NCBI GenBank assembly: GCA_037129475.1
Contig: JBAXUY010000002.1
Coordinates: 50,170-114,169, forward strand
Length of the DNA stretch: 64,000 bases
Direction: 5' to 3'
Origin: Planctomycetia bacterium
GTDB taxonomy: Bacteria > Planctomycetota > Planctomycetia > Pirellulales > UBA1268
Shown here in pieces: positions 8,216 through 17,556 of this stretch (positions are counted from its first letter, which is position 1; the number at the start of each line of letters is the position of its first letter). Made by a program: the position numbers and the translations under genes. The notes under the pieces are model-generated. The model was not told the origin of the DNA, ran no database searches, and worked only from the letters and a program-made list of their open reading frames with translations.

Positions 8216-8782
8216 ATGAGATGGTGTGTGTGCGTCTACTGGGCTTTCATGTGGCTGGCGGTGCCGGTCGGTGGCCGGCTCACGGCCGAGGATGCGGCCC
8301 CTGCGGTCGCTGGCTCCACGCTCGAGGATCTCGACTGGATGGTCGGCGATTGGGTGCTCGTGCCGGACGACGAGGCGAAGACCAAGCAGGCGGGCGCGAT
8401 GCGGATGACGGTGCGGTGGGACGAAGGCCGCGCGTTTCTCATCCGCGAAGCCACGCTCACGCCGCCGGAGGAGTCTGGCGAGCCGGTCGTCACGCTCCAG
8501 CAACGGATCGGCTGGGATCCGCTCGTCGACCGGATCCGGTCGTGGAGCTTTTCGAGTGACGGCAGCCGGGGGGAGGCCACGTGGATTCGGGATGGCGGCT
8601 CGTGGATCGTGCGGGGCACGGCCGTGCTCCCCGATGGCACGCAGACGAGCTCCATCAATATCTACACGTTCGACGGCAAGGACCGCTGCACGTGGCGCGT
8701 CGTGCGGCCGGCGTTGGCCGCCGACGATGATCCGCCCACGCGGGCCACGTGGGTTCGCACCCCTGGGAGCACCGCCCCATGA
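8216..8782 (+). CDS. Hypothetical secreted protein
   Basis: 188 aa ORF with a hydrophobic N-terminus (MRWCVCVYWAFMWLAVPVGG) and a beta-rich body. No family recognised with confidence. Confidence 0.55.
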   Translation: MRWCVCVYWAFMWLAVPVGGRLTAEDAAPAVAGSTLEDLDWMVGDWVLVPDDEAKTKQAGAMRMTVRWDEGRAFLIREATLTPPEESGEPVVTLQQRIGWDPLVDRIRSWSFSSDGSRGEATWIRDGGSWIVRGTAVLPDGTQTSSINIYTFDGKDRCTWRVVRPALAADDDPPTRATWVRTPGSTAP

Positions 8783-9528
8783 GCATCGTGACGACGCTTC
8801 GACGCCGGCTCGCCGCAGGATGGCTGTTCCGTGTCAGCCGCTGCGTAGCCGTGGCCATCGCCATCTTCTCCACGGGTTACCCGGCGGCCGTGGCTGCCGA
8901 CGGCGCGCCCGACCGCGAAGCGTGCGATCTGGTCCGCAAGGCCGACATCATGCACGGGGCCCAGTGGCAGCGGGCGATCGCCGAACTCGGCAGTTGGCTC
9001 ACGACGCAGACCGTCTACACGCCAGCGGAAGTGCGGCGGATCAAGGTGCGGTTCAACGAGCAGGTGGCGGCGATGTCGTCGTACGAGCTCGAGTATCTGC
9101 TCGACTCGGTCGAACAGAAGATGCGGTTGCTCGATACGCCCGAGGCCCGCGACGCCAAGGCCTGGCTCGGCGAATACCTCTCGGCCATGTCCGACGCCCG
9201 GCGGGCCCGTGAGCTGCGCAACGTCCCCAACCTCCTCGACATGAACGCGGCCCAGCTCTGGGAGGAGATCCAGCGGATCGATCGGAAGCGCGGAGCGCTC
9301 CAGCAGCGTCAGCAGGGCGTGGCGGCGCGGCAGAACGCACTCGTCGATCGGGCGACGGCGAATCGCCAAGCGTCGGCCGACGCCGCGCGGGCCACGGCCG
9401 AGCGGCTCCGCGCCACCCCGGCGCAGGCGCCCGCCCGTCAGGGAGGCGGTGCACTGCCGTTCTCCGACGTGCCGCAGCGGCAGATGTCGATCGGCGTGGG
9501 GCCGATGGGCGCCTTCATTCAGATGTGA
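8779..9528 (+). CDS. Hypothetical secreted/coiled-coil protein
   Basis: The ATG at 8779 overlaps the upstream stop (ATGA). N-terminal signal-like segment VAVAIAIFSTGYPAAVAA. The C-terminal half is Gln/Arg/Ala-rich and helical. Confidence 0.5.
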   Translation: MSIVTTLRRRLAAGWLFRVSRCVAVAIAIFSTGYPAAVAADGAPDREACDLVRKADIMHGAQWQRAIAELGSWLTTQTVYTPAEVRRIKVRFNEQVAAMSSYELEYLLDSVEQKMRLLDTPEARDAKAWLGEYLSAMSDARRARELRNVPNLLDMNAAQLWEEIQRIDRKRGALQQRQQGVAARQNALVDRATANRQASADAARATAERLRATPAQAPARQGGGALPFSDVPQRQMSIGVGPMGAFIQM

Positions 9529-10774
9529 CGGGCGGCTGTGACGCGCGGCCGACGTCGAGGCACGTGAGCGTGGTATCGTCGCGCAGGTAGAGCCGCCCGG
9601 AGGCGAGGGCGGGCAGGGCCCGCACGGTGCCGGCGAGCGGCCGGGCGCGGGCGAGGATCGTGACGCCCGCCGGAGTCGCGGTCATGAGCACGAGGTCGCC
9701 ATCGGTCTTCGCGGCGAGCAGTTTGCCGTCGGCGGCGACGAGCGTGCCGTAGCCGAAGTTCGCCTCGCGCCACGCCGCGCGACCGGTGCCGAGATCGACG
9801 CACACGAGATCGGCCGGCGGAAGATCGTCGCGGCCGTCGATGCCATAGGCATGGCCTCCGCTCACGATCGGCGTGCAGTATTGGGTGGCGAGCGCGTCGG
9901 CTCCCTCCCAGCGTTTCGTGAAGCCCGTCGCGTCGAACGTCGCGCACACCGAGCCGATGCCATACGAGGCCGTGACGAGGAGTCGGCCGTCGGGCAGGAC
10001 GACCGGCGTGGCGGCGTTGACCGTCGGTCCGCGCTGGCCGAAGGGAAACTGCCAGCGGATCGCCCCCGATTCGGGGTCGAGAAGCAGGCAGGCGTAGCGC
10101 GTGACCATGAGCACGTGGGGCGTGCCGGCGATCGTGACGGCGACGGGGGCCGCGTAGCTCGCGGGCTCGGCGGTTTTCGTCCATACGGTGTCGCCCGTCG
10201 CCAGGGAAAACGCCACGATCCCCGCCTCGGACCGCGAACCACCCACGTTCACGATCACGTGATCGGCCACGACGAGTGGCGTCGAGCCGGCGCCGAAATA
10301 GCCCTCGGGGGCGCGGAAGTCGCGATGCGTGTCGCGGAGCCAGAGCCGCTTGCCCGTGGCGGCGTCGACACAGCGCAGCGCGCCCTGCGCACCGAACGCG
10401 ATCACGCGGCCGTCGTGGACGAGTGGCACACAGAGCGGCCCGTCGCCGCCACCCACCTGCGGCGCGAACGACGTCGGCTGCTCATCGGCCCAGAGTGATT
10501 CACCCGTGGCGGGATCGAGCGCTTCGAGCACCTCGGCGTCGGCGACGCGGTGCAAGAGCACCACACGGCCGCCGGCCACGGCCACGCCCGCATAGCCACG
10601 GCCCACGGGCTTCGACCACATCGCCCGCGGGCCGCCTGCGGGCCAGGTATCGGCAAGCCGCTCGTCGGCCGCGGCCACGCCGTTGCGCTCGGGCCCGAGG
10701 ATCTGCGGCCACTCGCCGGCACGGCACGCGGCCGTCGCCCACAGCACGGCGGCGAGGCAGGCCGCGGGCCTCAT
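9515..10774 (-). CDS. PQQ-like beta-propeller repeat protein (BamB-like fold)
   Basis: ORF 9515..11239 trimmed to MRPAACLAAVLWATAACRA (signal peptide) at 10774. Repeated units such as GRVVLL...ALDPATGESLW, GRVIAFGAQGALRCVDAATGKRLW and LLLDPESGAIRWQ are typical of PQQ-propeller repeats. Confidence 0.8.
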   Translation of the reverse strand: MRPAACLAAVLWATAACRAGEWPQILGPERNGVAAADERLADTWPAGGPRAMWSKPVGRGYAGVAVAGGRVVLLHRVADAEVLEALDPATGESLWADEQPTSFAPQVGGGDGPLCVPLVHDGRVIAFGAQGALRCVDAATGKRLWLRDTHRDFRAPEGYFGAGSTPLVVADHVIVNVGGSRSEAGIVAFSLATGDTVWTKTAEPASYAAPVAVTIAGTPHVLMVTRYACLLLDPESGAIRWQFPFGQRGPTVNAATPVVLPDGRLLVTASYGIGSVCATFDATGFTKRWEGADALATQYCTPIVSGGHAYGIDGRDDLPPADLVCVDLGTGRAAWREANFGYGTLVAADGKLLAAKTDGDLVLMTATPAGVTILARARPLAGTVRALPALASGRLYLRDDTTLTCLDVGRASQPPVTSE

Positions 10775-11196
10775 TCGACGAGCGTGCGCGGAGCCCGCGG
10801 CGCGTCGTCGGGCAGCGTAGGCACGGTCCAGATCACGTAGAGTCCGCAGGCGACGAGGCCGATCGCGGCATACTTGAGCCACCACGGCAGGCTGTTGAGC
10901 ACGAGGCTCGTGGCTACGACCGCGGCCACGAGGAGGATCGTGCGATACTTCACGCTCTTGCGGATACCGTGGTAGTGCTGCCAGTCGTCGAGCGTGGGGC
11001 CGAACCACTTCGAGCGGTGCAGCCAGGCGTGGATCCGCGGCGAACCGCGGTAGAAGCACCAACTCGCGAGGAGCAAAAACGGCGTAGTGGGCAGGAGCGG
11101 CAGGATCGAGCCGAGCACGGCCAGGCCGACGCACGTCCAGCCGCCCACCACGTAGAGAAAGCTCGTCAGCGGGTCGGTGGTGGGCTTGAGATCCAT
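10771..11196 (-). CDS. YbaN/DUF454 family inner-membrane protein
   Basis: 141 aa with the motif LGSILPLLPTTPFLLLASWCFYRGSPRIHAWL characteristic of DUF454. Its stop overlaps the start of the downstream propeller gene (ATGA). Confidence 0.8.
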   Translation of the reverse strand: MDLKPTTDPLTSFLYVVGGWTCVGLAVLGSILPLLPTTPFLLLASWCFYRGSPRIHAWLHRSKWFGPTLDDWQHYHGIRKSVKYRTILLVAAVVATSLVLNSLPWWLKYAAIGLVACGLYVIWTVPTLPDDAPRAPRTLVE

Positions 11197-11259
11197 GGGC
11201 GTCCAGGCCGGCGAAGCGGGTGTTCGAGCATCGTATCACGCGGACGTGCGCGGGGCTGT

Positions 11260-11288
11260 TTGTGGGAAAAACGCCGAGTTCCTATGCT
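11260..11288 (+). promoter_or_regulatory. Candidate sigma70-type promoter of fba
   Basis: TTGTGG-17 nt-TATGCT about 60 nt upstream of the ATG at 11349. GAGGAG Shine-Dalgarno at 11336..11341. Confidence 0.3.
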
Positions 11289-11348
11289 TTTGCACGGTCT
11301 GCCTGCCCGCCTGCTCGATATCCCGCCTTCGCCTGAGGAGTTTCCACC

Positions 11349-12398
11349 ATGCCGCTCGTCCCCATGCGCATCCTGCTCGACCACGCCGCCGAACATGGCT
11401 ACGGCCTCGCCGCCTTCAACGTCAACGACATGGAGCAGATCCAGGCGATCATGGAGGCGGCCAACGAGACCGACAGCCCCGTGATCGTGCAGGCCTCGCG
11501 GGGCGCGCGCAGCTACAGCCAGGACAACTACCTCCGGCATCTCATGCTCGCCGCGGCGGAACTCTATCCGAAGATCCCGATCGCGATGCACCAGGACCAC
11601 GGCAACTCGCCGGCCACCTGCCAGAGCGCGATCGACAACGGCTTCACGAGCGTGATGATGGACGGCTCGCTCAAGGAAGACGGCAAGACCCCGGCCGACT
11701 TCGACTACAACGTGAAGGTGACGAAGGAGGTCGTGGGGCTGGCCCACCGGCAGGGCGTGTCGGTGGAGGGCGAGCTCGGCTGCCTCGGGTCGCTCGAGAG
11801 CGGCGAGGGCGAGGCCGAGGACGGCCACGGCGCGAGTGGAAAACTCTCCCACGACCAACTGCTCACCGACCCCGACGAGGCGGCGCGATTCGTGGCGTCC
11901 ACCGGCGTCGACGCGCTGGCCGTGGCAATCGGCACGAGCCACGGTGCCTACAAGTTCACCCGCAAGCCCGACGGTGATGTGCTCGCGATGAAGCGGATCG
12001 AGGAGATCCACCGCAAGCTCCCCAACTGCCACCTCGTGATGCACGGCTCGTCGAGCGTGCCGCAGGATCTCCAGGACGTCATCAACAAGTACGGCGGCAA
12101 GATGCCGCAGACATGGGGCGTGCCCGTCGAGGAGATCCAGAAGGGCATCAAGCACGGCGTCCGCAAGATCAACGTCGACACCGACTGCCGCATGGCGATC
12201 ACGGGCGCGATCCGCAAGGTGCTCTTCGAGTCGCCCGAGAAGTTCGACCCGCGCGACTACCTGAAGCCGTCGCGCGAGGCGATGAAGAAGGTGTGCGGCG
12301 AGCGCATGGTGCAATTCGGTCAGGCCGGCAACGCCGGCAAGGTGAAGTGCATCACGCTGGCAGAAATGGCTGGGCGTTACGCGCGCGCCGGCTCGTGA
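11349..12398 (+). CDS. fba: Class II fructose-1,6-bisphosphate aldolase
   Basis: [38 protein letters not shown]...[14 protein letters not shown]...MHQDHG...[14 protein letters not shown]...[10 protein letters not shown]. Full-length match to the class II FBA pattern. Confidence 0.95.
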   Translation: MPLVPMRILLDHAAEHGYGLAAFNVNDMEQIQAIMEAANETDSPVIVQASRGARSYSQDNYLRHLMLAAAELYPKIPIAMHQDHGNSPATCQSAIDNGFTSVMMDGSLKEDGKTPADFDYNVKVTKEVVGLAHRQGVSVEGELGCLGSLESGEGEAEDGHGASGKLSHDQLLTDPDEAARFVASTGVDALAVAIGTSHGAYKFTRKPDGDVLAMKRIEEIHRKLPNCHLVMHGSSSVPQDLQDVINKYGGKMPQTWGVPVEEIQKGIKHGVRKINVDTDCRMAITGAIRKVLFESPEKFDPRDYLKPSREAMKKVCGERMVQFGQAGNAGKVKCITLAEMAGRYARAGS

Positions 12399-12442
12399 CT
12401 GCCCAGACCCTCTCGCTTGACGTTCGCTGCGTTGGCCGCGCG

Positions 12443-12690
12443 CCGGCTTCGGGCTCCCCATATCCCGTCGCCGGACGTTCACTGCGCCCATCCATGGGCT
12501 CCGTTCACTCGGAGTGACAGGCGCTGCGCCATCCTGGCTCCGCTGGTCACTCACGCCGGCTCCCGGGACGTGGGGAGCCCGAAGCCTCCCCCGTAGCGAC
12601 AGAGCTCCAGCTCTGTCGATCGACAGGCCTGGAGGCCCGTAGCGAACGTCCGGCGAGACGGTACGGGGTAACCCCGAGCCGGCGCACGCG
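12443..12690 (+). repeat. Composite structured intergenic element, copy A (long-range stem, embedded REP, inverted partial arm)
   Basis: The 5' arm GGCTTCGGGCTCCCCA (12445..12460) pairs with TGGGGAGCCCGAAGCC (12571..12586). It is followed by a REP unit. An inverted partial copy of the 5' arm region lies at 12644..12690. About 70 percent identical by eye to 36098..36277. Confidence 0.6.
12593..12648 (+). repeat. REP-like two-hairpin palindromic element (copy a, 3' hairpin degenerate)
   Basis: GTAGCGACAGAGCT-CC-AGCTCTGTCG-AT-CGACAGGCCTGGAGGCCCGTAGCG. Confidence 0.75.
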
Positions 12691-12771
12691 AGTTCGCTGG
12701 AATGTAGATGGCTAGCCGGTGGAAAGCTGCATTGCGGCGGGTTGCCCAGTCGCCCTATAGTCCCGCCCCTC

Positions 12772-13812
12772 ATGGACGCCCCCCGCCCCTCCGCCGACCC
12801 GACGGATGCCGACCTGCTCACGCACGGCCGGGAGATTCTCCGTGCCGAGGGAGAGGCGATCCTGCGGTCGGCGGACGCACTCGGCGATGCGTTCGCCCGC
12901 GCGGTGCGGATCGTGGCCGACTGCACCGGTAGCGTGGTGGTGACGGGCATCGGCAAGGCGGGGCTCGTGGCGCGGAAGATCTCGGCAACGCTCGCGTCCA
13001 CCGGCACGCCGAGCCACTTTCTCCATCCCGCCGAGGCGATGCATGGCGACCTCGGGGCGCTGCGGCGCGACGACGTCGTGCTCGCGCTCTCGCAGTCGGG
13101 TGAGACCGAGGAGATCGTGCGGCTCGTGCCGCACGTGGTGGCCCGCCGCGTGCGGATCGTCGCGCTCACCGGCTCGGCGCAGAGCACGCTTGGCCGTGCG
13201 GCAGACGTCGTCGTGCCGACCGGCAGCGTGCGCGAGGCGTGCACGCTCGGCCTCGCGCCCAGCACGAGCACGTCGCTGATGCTCGCCCTCGGCGACGCGC
13301 TGGCGCTCGTGACGAGCGGCCTGCGGCAGTTCACGCGTGAGGAGTTCGCGGCCCGGCATCCCGGGGGCAGTCTCGGCCGGCAGTTGATGCGCGTCGAGGA
13401 TGCGATGCGGCCGATTGCCCAGTGTCGGACGGCCCACCCGGCCGACACGGTGCGCGACGTCTTCGTACGGCCGCTGCCGGTCCGGCGCACCGGGGCGGTG
13501 ATGATCGTCGACGACGCCGGACGGCTTGCCGGCATCTTCACCGACAGCGACCTGGCCCGGCTCTTCGAACGGCGCAACGACGCGGCCCTCGACCATCCGA
13601 TCGGTCGCGTGATGACCGTCCGGCCCGCGACGATCCCGCATGGCACCCGGCTCAGCGACGCCCTCGCGATCCTCGAGGCGCGGCGCTTGAGCGAACTGCC
13701 GGTGCTCGACGGGGTGGGCCGCGTCGTCGGCCTGCTCGACATCGTCGATCTCGTCGGCATGGTGCCGCCGGAGATGGTGGATCTGCCCCTCACCACGCCC
13801 GCCGCCGCCTGA
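12772..13812 (+). CDS. kdsD: Arabinose-5-phosphate isomerase (KpsF/GutQ/KdsD family; SIS plus tandem CBS domains)
   Basis: VVVTGIGKAGLVARKISATLASTGTPSHFLHPAEAMHGDLG ... SQSGETEE, followed by CBS-like repeats. Start placed at the ATG at 12772 (the ORF track starts at the TTG at 12742). Confidence 0.9.
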   Translation: MDAPRPSADPTDADLLTHGREILRAEGEAILRSADALGDAFARAVRIVADCTGSVVVTGIGKAGLVARKISATLASTGTPSHFLHPAEAMHGDLGALRRDDVVLALSQSGETEEIVRLVPHVVARRVRIVALTGSAQSTLGRAADVVVPTGSVREACTLGLAPSTSTSLMLALGDALALVTSGLRQFTREEFAARHPGGSLGRQLMRVEDAMRPIAQCRTAHPADTVRDVFVRPLPVRRTGAVMIVDDAGRLAGIFTDSDLARLFERRNDAALDHPIGRVMTVRPATIPHGTRLSDALAILEARRLSELPVLDGVGRVVGLLDIVDLVGMVPPEMVDLPLTTPAAA

Positions 13813-13842
13813 TCAGTGGGGCTGCCGGGCACCGACCTTTCC

Positions 13843-14397
13843 ATGAAATCAGCCGCGAATCTTCACGATGCGCTCCACGCGCGGCTCGCGCAGGTGAAGC
13901 TGCTCCTTGTCGACGTCGACGGCGTGCTCACCGAGGGGGGCGTGACGTGGACGAACGAGGGGATCGAGCAGAAGACGTTCCACATCCGTGACGGCCTCGG
14001 CATCCGGCTCTGGCAGCGGGCCGGTGGCCGCACGGGAATCGTCACCGGCCGGGCGAGCCGCGTCGTGCAACTGCGGGCCGAGGAACTCGGGATCGGGATC
14101 GTGAAGCAGGGGGTCGAGGACAAGCTCGACACCACGGCGGCCATCCTCGCCGAGTGCGGTGTGTCGTGGGAGCAGACGGCCTTCGTCGGCGACGACCTCC
14201 CCGACCTCGCCGTGATGATGCGGTGCGGCGTGGGCGTGGCGGTGGCGAATGCGTGCCCCGAGGTGCTCGAGGTGGCGGCGATCGTGACCCGGCTACCCGG
14301 CGGGCAGGGGGCCGTGCGCGAGGTGATCGAGCAATTGCTCAAGGCCCGCGGCAGTTGGGAGGCGATCGTGCGCCGCTATCAGCCGCTGGCGGCCTGA
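13843..14397 (+). CDS. kdsC: KDO-8-phosphate phosphatase (HAD-IIIA, KdsC family)
   Basis: LLLVDVDGVLTEGGV ... HIRDGLGIRLWQRAG...GIVTGR ... KQGVEDKL ... AFVGDDLPDLAVM matches the KdsC pattern. ATG at 13843. Confidence 0.85.
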   Translation: MKSAANLHDALHARLAQVKLLLVDVDGVLTEGGVTWTNEGIEQKTFHIRDGLGIRLWQRAGGRTGIVTGRASRVVQLRAEELGIGIVKQGVEDKLDTTAAILAECGVSWEQTAFVGDDLPDLAVMMRCGVGVAVANACPEVLEVAAIVTRLPGGQGAVREVIEQLLKARGSWEAIVRRYQPLAA

Positions 14398-14421
14398 CGA
14401 AAGCGAAACGGGCGGGCCCTC

Positions 14422-17400
14422 ATGGAACATCGCCTCGGACGCACGCTGCGGGTGTTTCTCATCGCGCTCTGCGCGGCGGGGTTCTACCGGCTGGCCATCG
14501 TGCCGTGGGTGGAGCCGCGGGTCGCGGACACGGCGACGGCGCTCGAACTCTCACCGGAGCAGGCGGCTGCGATCCGGGCACGGGCCGACAAACGGCTGGC
14601 GGCCCTCGGAGACGTGTTTCCCGAGGGTTCCTGGGAACGCGACGATCCGATCGTGCTCGAGAGTCGGCAGATGCGGCTCCTCTTCAAGCAATACCATTCG
14701 CTGCCCGACGGCCGCGTGAATCTCGTGCCGTGCACGCTCGTGATGCTCTCCGATCGCAACCGTTCGGCCGAGGGCGAAGGAGCCGGCCGGACGATCGTGC
14801 TGCGGGCCCCGCAGGGGGCGGTGCTCGAGTTCGACGAGCCGCTCGACCTACGGCAGGGCCGGCTCGCGAAGCTCATCGGCGGCAGCCTCCGGGGGCAGGT
14901 GACGATCCGCGGCACGGCCACGGGCCCCGACGCCGACGACGAGATCGAGATCGTGACCCGCGACGTCGAACTCGCGGAACTCGAGATCCGCACCAGCGAG
15001 ATGGTGCAGTTTCGCTACGGCCGGTCGACCGGCAGCGGCCGGGCCCTCGTGGCGGCCCTGCTGCCGAAGGCGGGCGGTGCGGGCGGCCCCGGGATGAGCG
15101 GTCCGAACATCGGCGGCGTCGATTCGATCCGGCTCGATCGCGACGTGAGGATGCGACTCGAAGGGTTTTCCTCCGGGCTGCTTTCCGGGCCGGACACCCC
15201 GCGGCCGACGGCCACGGGCACCGCCGGGCCGGGCACCGACCAGCCGCCCGTGCTCGTCAGTTGCCGCGGCGCGCTGTGCATGAACGTGTCGGCCAACGTG
15301 ATCACGTTCGAGGACAAGGTCGACGTCGTGCGCACCGCGGCGGGTGGAGCCACCGATCAACTGTCGTGCGATCTGCTGGCGATCATGCTTGCGCGGGGCG
15401 AGGCCGACCCGGGCCCTGGAGCCGCCGCGGGGGGGCTGAAGCCGGTGGAGATTCAGGCGCGCGGCACGCCCGTGATCGCCCGCTCGACCGCGGCGGAGCT
15501 CGAGGCGAAGGGGGCGAGGCTGGGCTACGAGATCGCCACGCGACGGATTCTCCTCGACGGCGAGGAGCCGGTGTCGCTCGTGCTTCAGGGCACCGAGATG
15601 CAGGCCCGCTCGATCGACTATTGCCCCGGCCCGCCGGGTGACCCGGGCTCGCTGATGGCCGTCGGCCCCGGCCTGCTCACGGCGCGGTCGCCGGGGTCGC
15701 CGCCGGTGCAGGCCCGGTGGCAGAAGTGGCTGCGGATGCGGCCCGACGGTGCTGGGCATGTCGCGTCGCTCGCGGGCGAAGCCGACGTGACGATCGAGGG
15801 GCAGGGCCGGCTGAGCGCCGCCGAGATGCACCTCTGGCTCGATGTCACGCGCGGCACGGCCGACGCGCCACCGCGTGCGAACCCTGCCGGTCCGCATCTG
15901 GCCGGCGTGAAACCCGCGCGAATGCTCGCCCGCGGCATGGTGGAGATCGACACCGAGCCGCTGACGGCGCGCACCGAGCGGATGGAGCTGTGGTTCAAGC
16001 ACGTGGCGGCAGCGGCTCCGACGCCGGCCGCCGCAGGGGGAAGCGTGGCCGCACCGCCGGTCGCTGCGGCAGCCGGTGGTGCCGGGCCACAGCCAGTCGC
16101 GCCGGCGAAGCAAGCCGACCCCACACTCCCCGCTCGCGGCAAGATGATTGCCACCGGCGGGCTCGTCCGCGGTCTCATCAGCATGGCCCCGAACAACAAC
16201 CAGATCGAGGAGATCTCGCTCGAGAACCAGGTGCAGCTCGTCGAGGAGCCGCGGGGGCTGGCGGCGGCCGCACCGGCGGAGCCGGCGCTGGCGATCTCGG
16301 GCGACCAGTTGCAACTCTCGCGGCCCACGCGGTTCGACGCGCGGGCCGTGGTCTCGGGGCGGCCGGCGAAGGTGCAGGGCCGCGGCCTCGACCTCGAAGG
16401 GCCGCTCGTCGAGTTTGATCGGGGGCGCAATCGCCTGCTCGTGGACGGAGCCGGTACGCTCGGCCTGCCGATGACGGGCGCAGCGAGTGGGTTTGAATCG
16501 CTGGGCATGATCGGCGGGGCTGCACCGCCGTCGGCTCCCCCCGCGGGCGCCCCTGCCGGCCGGCTCGTCGTGGCCTGGCAGGGACGGATGGACTTCGACG
16601 GACTGACGGCCCGGTTCGTCGATCGCGTGACGACGACGAGCGGTGCGACGGCCCTTCACGCCGGATCGCTCGACGTCGTGTTCACCCAGCCGATGGACTT
16701 CAGCGCCGATGGCATGCAGCGCGGTGCGCCGCGGGCCGACGTGGCGAGGATCGCCTGCGGCAGCGGCGTGCGGATCGAGAGCCAGTCGGCGGCTGCGGAC
16801 GGCTCGCGGTCACTCGAAAAACTGTTCGTGCGCGACCTCGTGCTCGACCGCGCGACGGGCGACGTGTCGGGCACCGGACCGGGCCGGCTCACGAGCACGC
16901 GATTCGGCCAGGGCCCGGCGCTTGGGATGCCGGCAGTCGCCGCGCCGGGTCAGCCCGCTCCGGCGGCCCCTCCGCCGCGGCCCGACGAACTCACGTATCT
17001 GGGCGTCGATTTCCAGAAAGGGCTGCGCGGCAACATGAACCGCCGGCAGATGGAGTTTCATCAGCGGGTGGAGGCGATCTGGGGCCCCGTGGCCGGCTGG
17101 GCTGACACGCTCGACCCGCACGCCCCGGGCGGACTCGCACCGCGGGCGGTGGCGATCACGAGCGACGTGCTCGGCGTGGCCCAGGCCCCGCCCGCGCCGG
17201 GACAGCGGCGCACGAGCATCGAGTTGATGGCCGGCGGCAACGTGCTCGTGGAGGGAGAGTCGTTCACGGCGCGCAGCGCACGCCTCAGTTGGAGCGAGGC
17301 CAAGGACCTGCTCGTGTTCGAGGGCGACGGCCGCAGCGACGCGCAGCTCTTCCGGCAGGTGAAGGTGGGCGCGCCGATGTCGAGCGCGTCGGCCGGCAAG

Positions 17401-17553
17401 ATCCTCTACTGGCGGGCGCTCAACCGTGTCGACGTGGACGACGCCCGGTTCCTCGACCTCGACCAGCTCGGAGGCGGAGCCGGCGGCCCGCGGCTCCCCG
17501 GCTTCGGCTCTGCTCCCGCCCAGCCCGTCAGCCGCCCGCTCCCGGGCACCTGA
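14422..17553 (+). CDS. Giant membrane-anchored periplasmic protein, candidate LptC/LptA (OstA-like) multi-module protein
   Basis: 1,043 aa with an N-terminal TM helix (LRVFLIALCAAGFYRLAIVPWV). Several beta-rich modules are separated by Pro/Ala/Gly linkers (AAAAPTPAAAGGSVAAPPVAAAAGG; APGQPAPAAPPPRPDE). The C-terminal module GGNVLVEGESFTARSARLSWSEAKDLLVFEGDG resembles OstA/LptA. The gene sits directly after kdsD-kdsC. Confidence 0.5.
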   Translation: MEHRLGRTLRVFLIALCAAGFYRLAIVPWVEPRVADTATALELSPEQAAAIRARADKRLAALGDVFPEGSWERDDPIVLESRQMRLLFKQYHSLPDGRVNLVPCTLVMLSDRNRSAEGEGAGRTIVLRAPQGAVLEFDEPLDLRQGRLAKLIGGSLRGQVTIRGTATGPDADDEIEIVTRDVELAELEIRTSEMVQFRYGRSTGSGRALVAALLPKAGGAGGPGMSGPNIGGVDSIRLDRDVRMRLEGFSSGLLSGPDTPRPTATGTAGPGTDQPPVLVSCRGALCMNVSANVITFEDKVDVVRTAAGGATDQLSCDLLAIMLARGEADPGPGAAAGGLKPVEIQARGTPVIARSTAAELEAKGARLGYEIATRRILLDGEEPVSLVLQGTEMQARSIDYCPGPPGDPGSLMAVGPGLLTARSPGSPPVQARWQKWLRMRPDGAGHVASLAGEADVTIEGQGRLSAAEMHLWLDVTRGTADAPPRANPAGPHLAGVKPARMLARGMVEIDTEPLTARTERMELWFKHVAAAAPTPAAAGGSVAAPPVAAAAGGAGPQPVAPAKQADPTLPARGKMIATGGLVRGLISMAPNNNQIEEISLENQVQLVEEPRGLAAAAPAEPALAISGDQLQLSRPTRFDARAVVSGRPAKVQGRGLDLEGPLVEFDRGRNRLLVDGAGTLGLPMTGAASGFESLGMIGGAAPPSAPPAGAPAGRLVVAWQGRMDFDGLTARFVDRVTTTSGATALHAGSLDVVFTQPMDFSADGMQRGAPRADVARIACGSGVRIESQSAAADGSRSLEKLFVRDLVLDRATGDVSGTGPGRLTSTRFGQGPALGMPAVAAPGQPAPAAPPPRPDELTYLGVDFQKGLRGNMNRRQMEFHQRVEAIWGPVAGWADTLDPHAPGGLAPRAVAITSDVLGVAQAPPAPGQRRTSIELMAGGNVLVEGESFTARSARLSWSEAKDLLVFEGDGRSDAQLFRQVKVGAPMSSASAGKILYWRALNRVDVDDARFLDLDQLGGGAGGPRLPGFGSAPAQPVSRPLPGT

Positions 17554-17556
17554 GGC

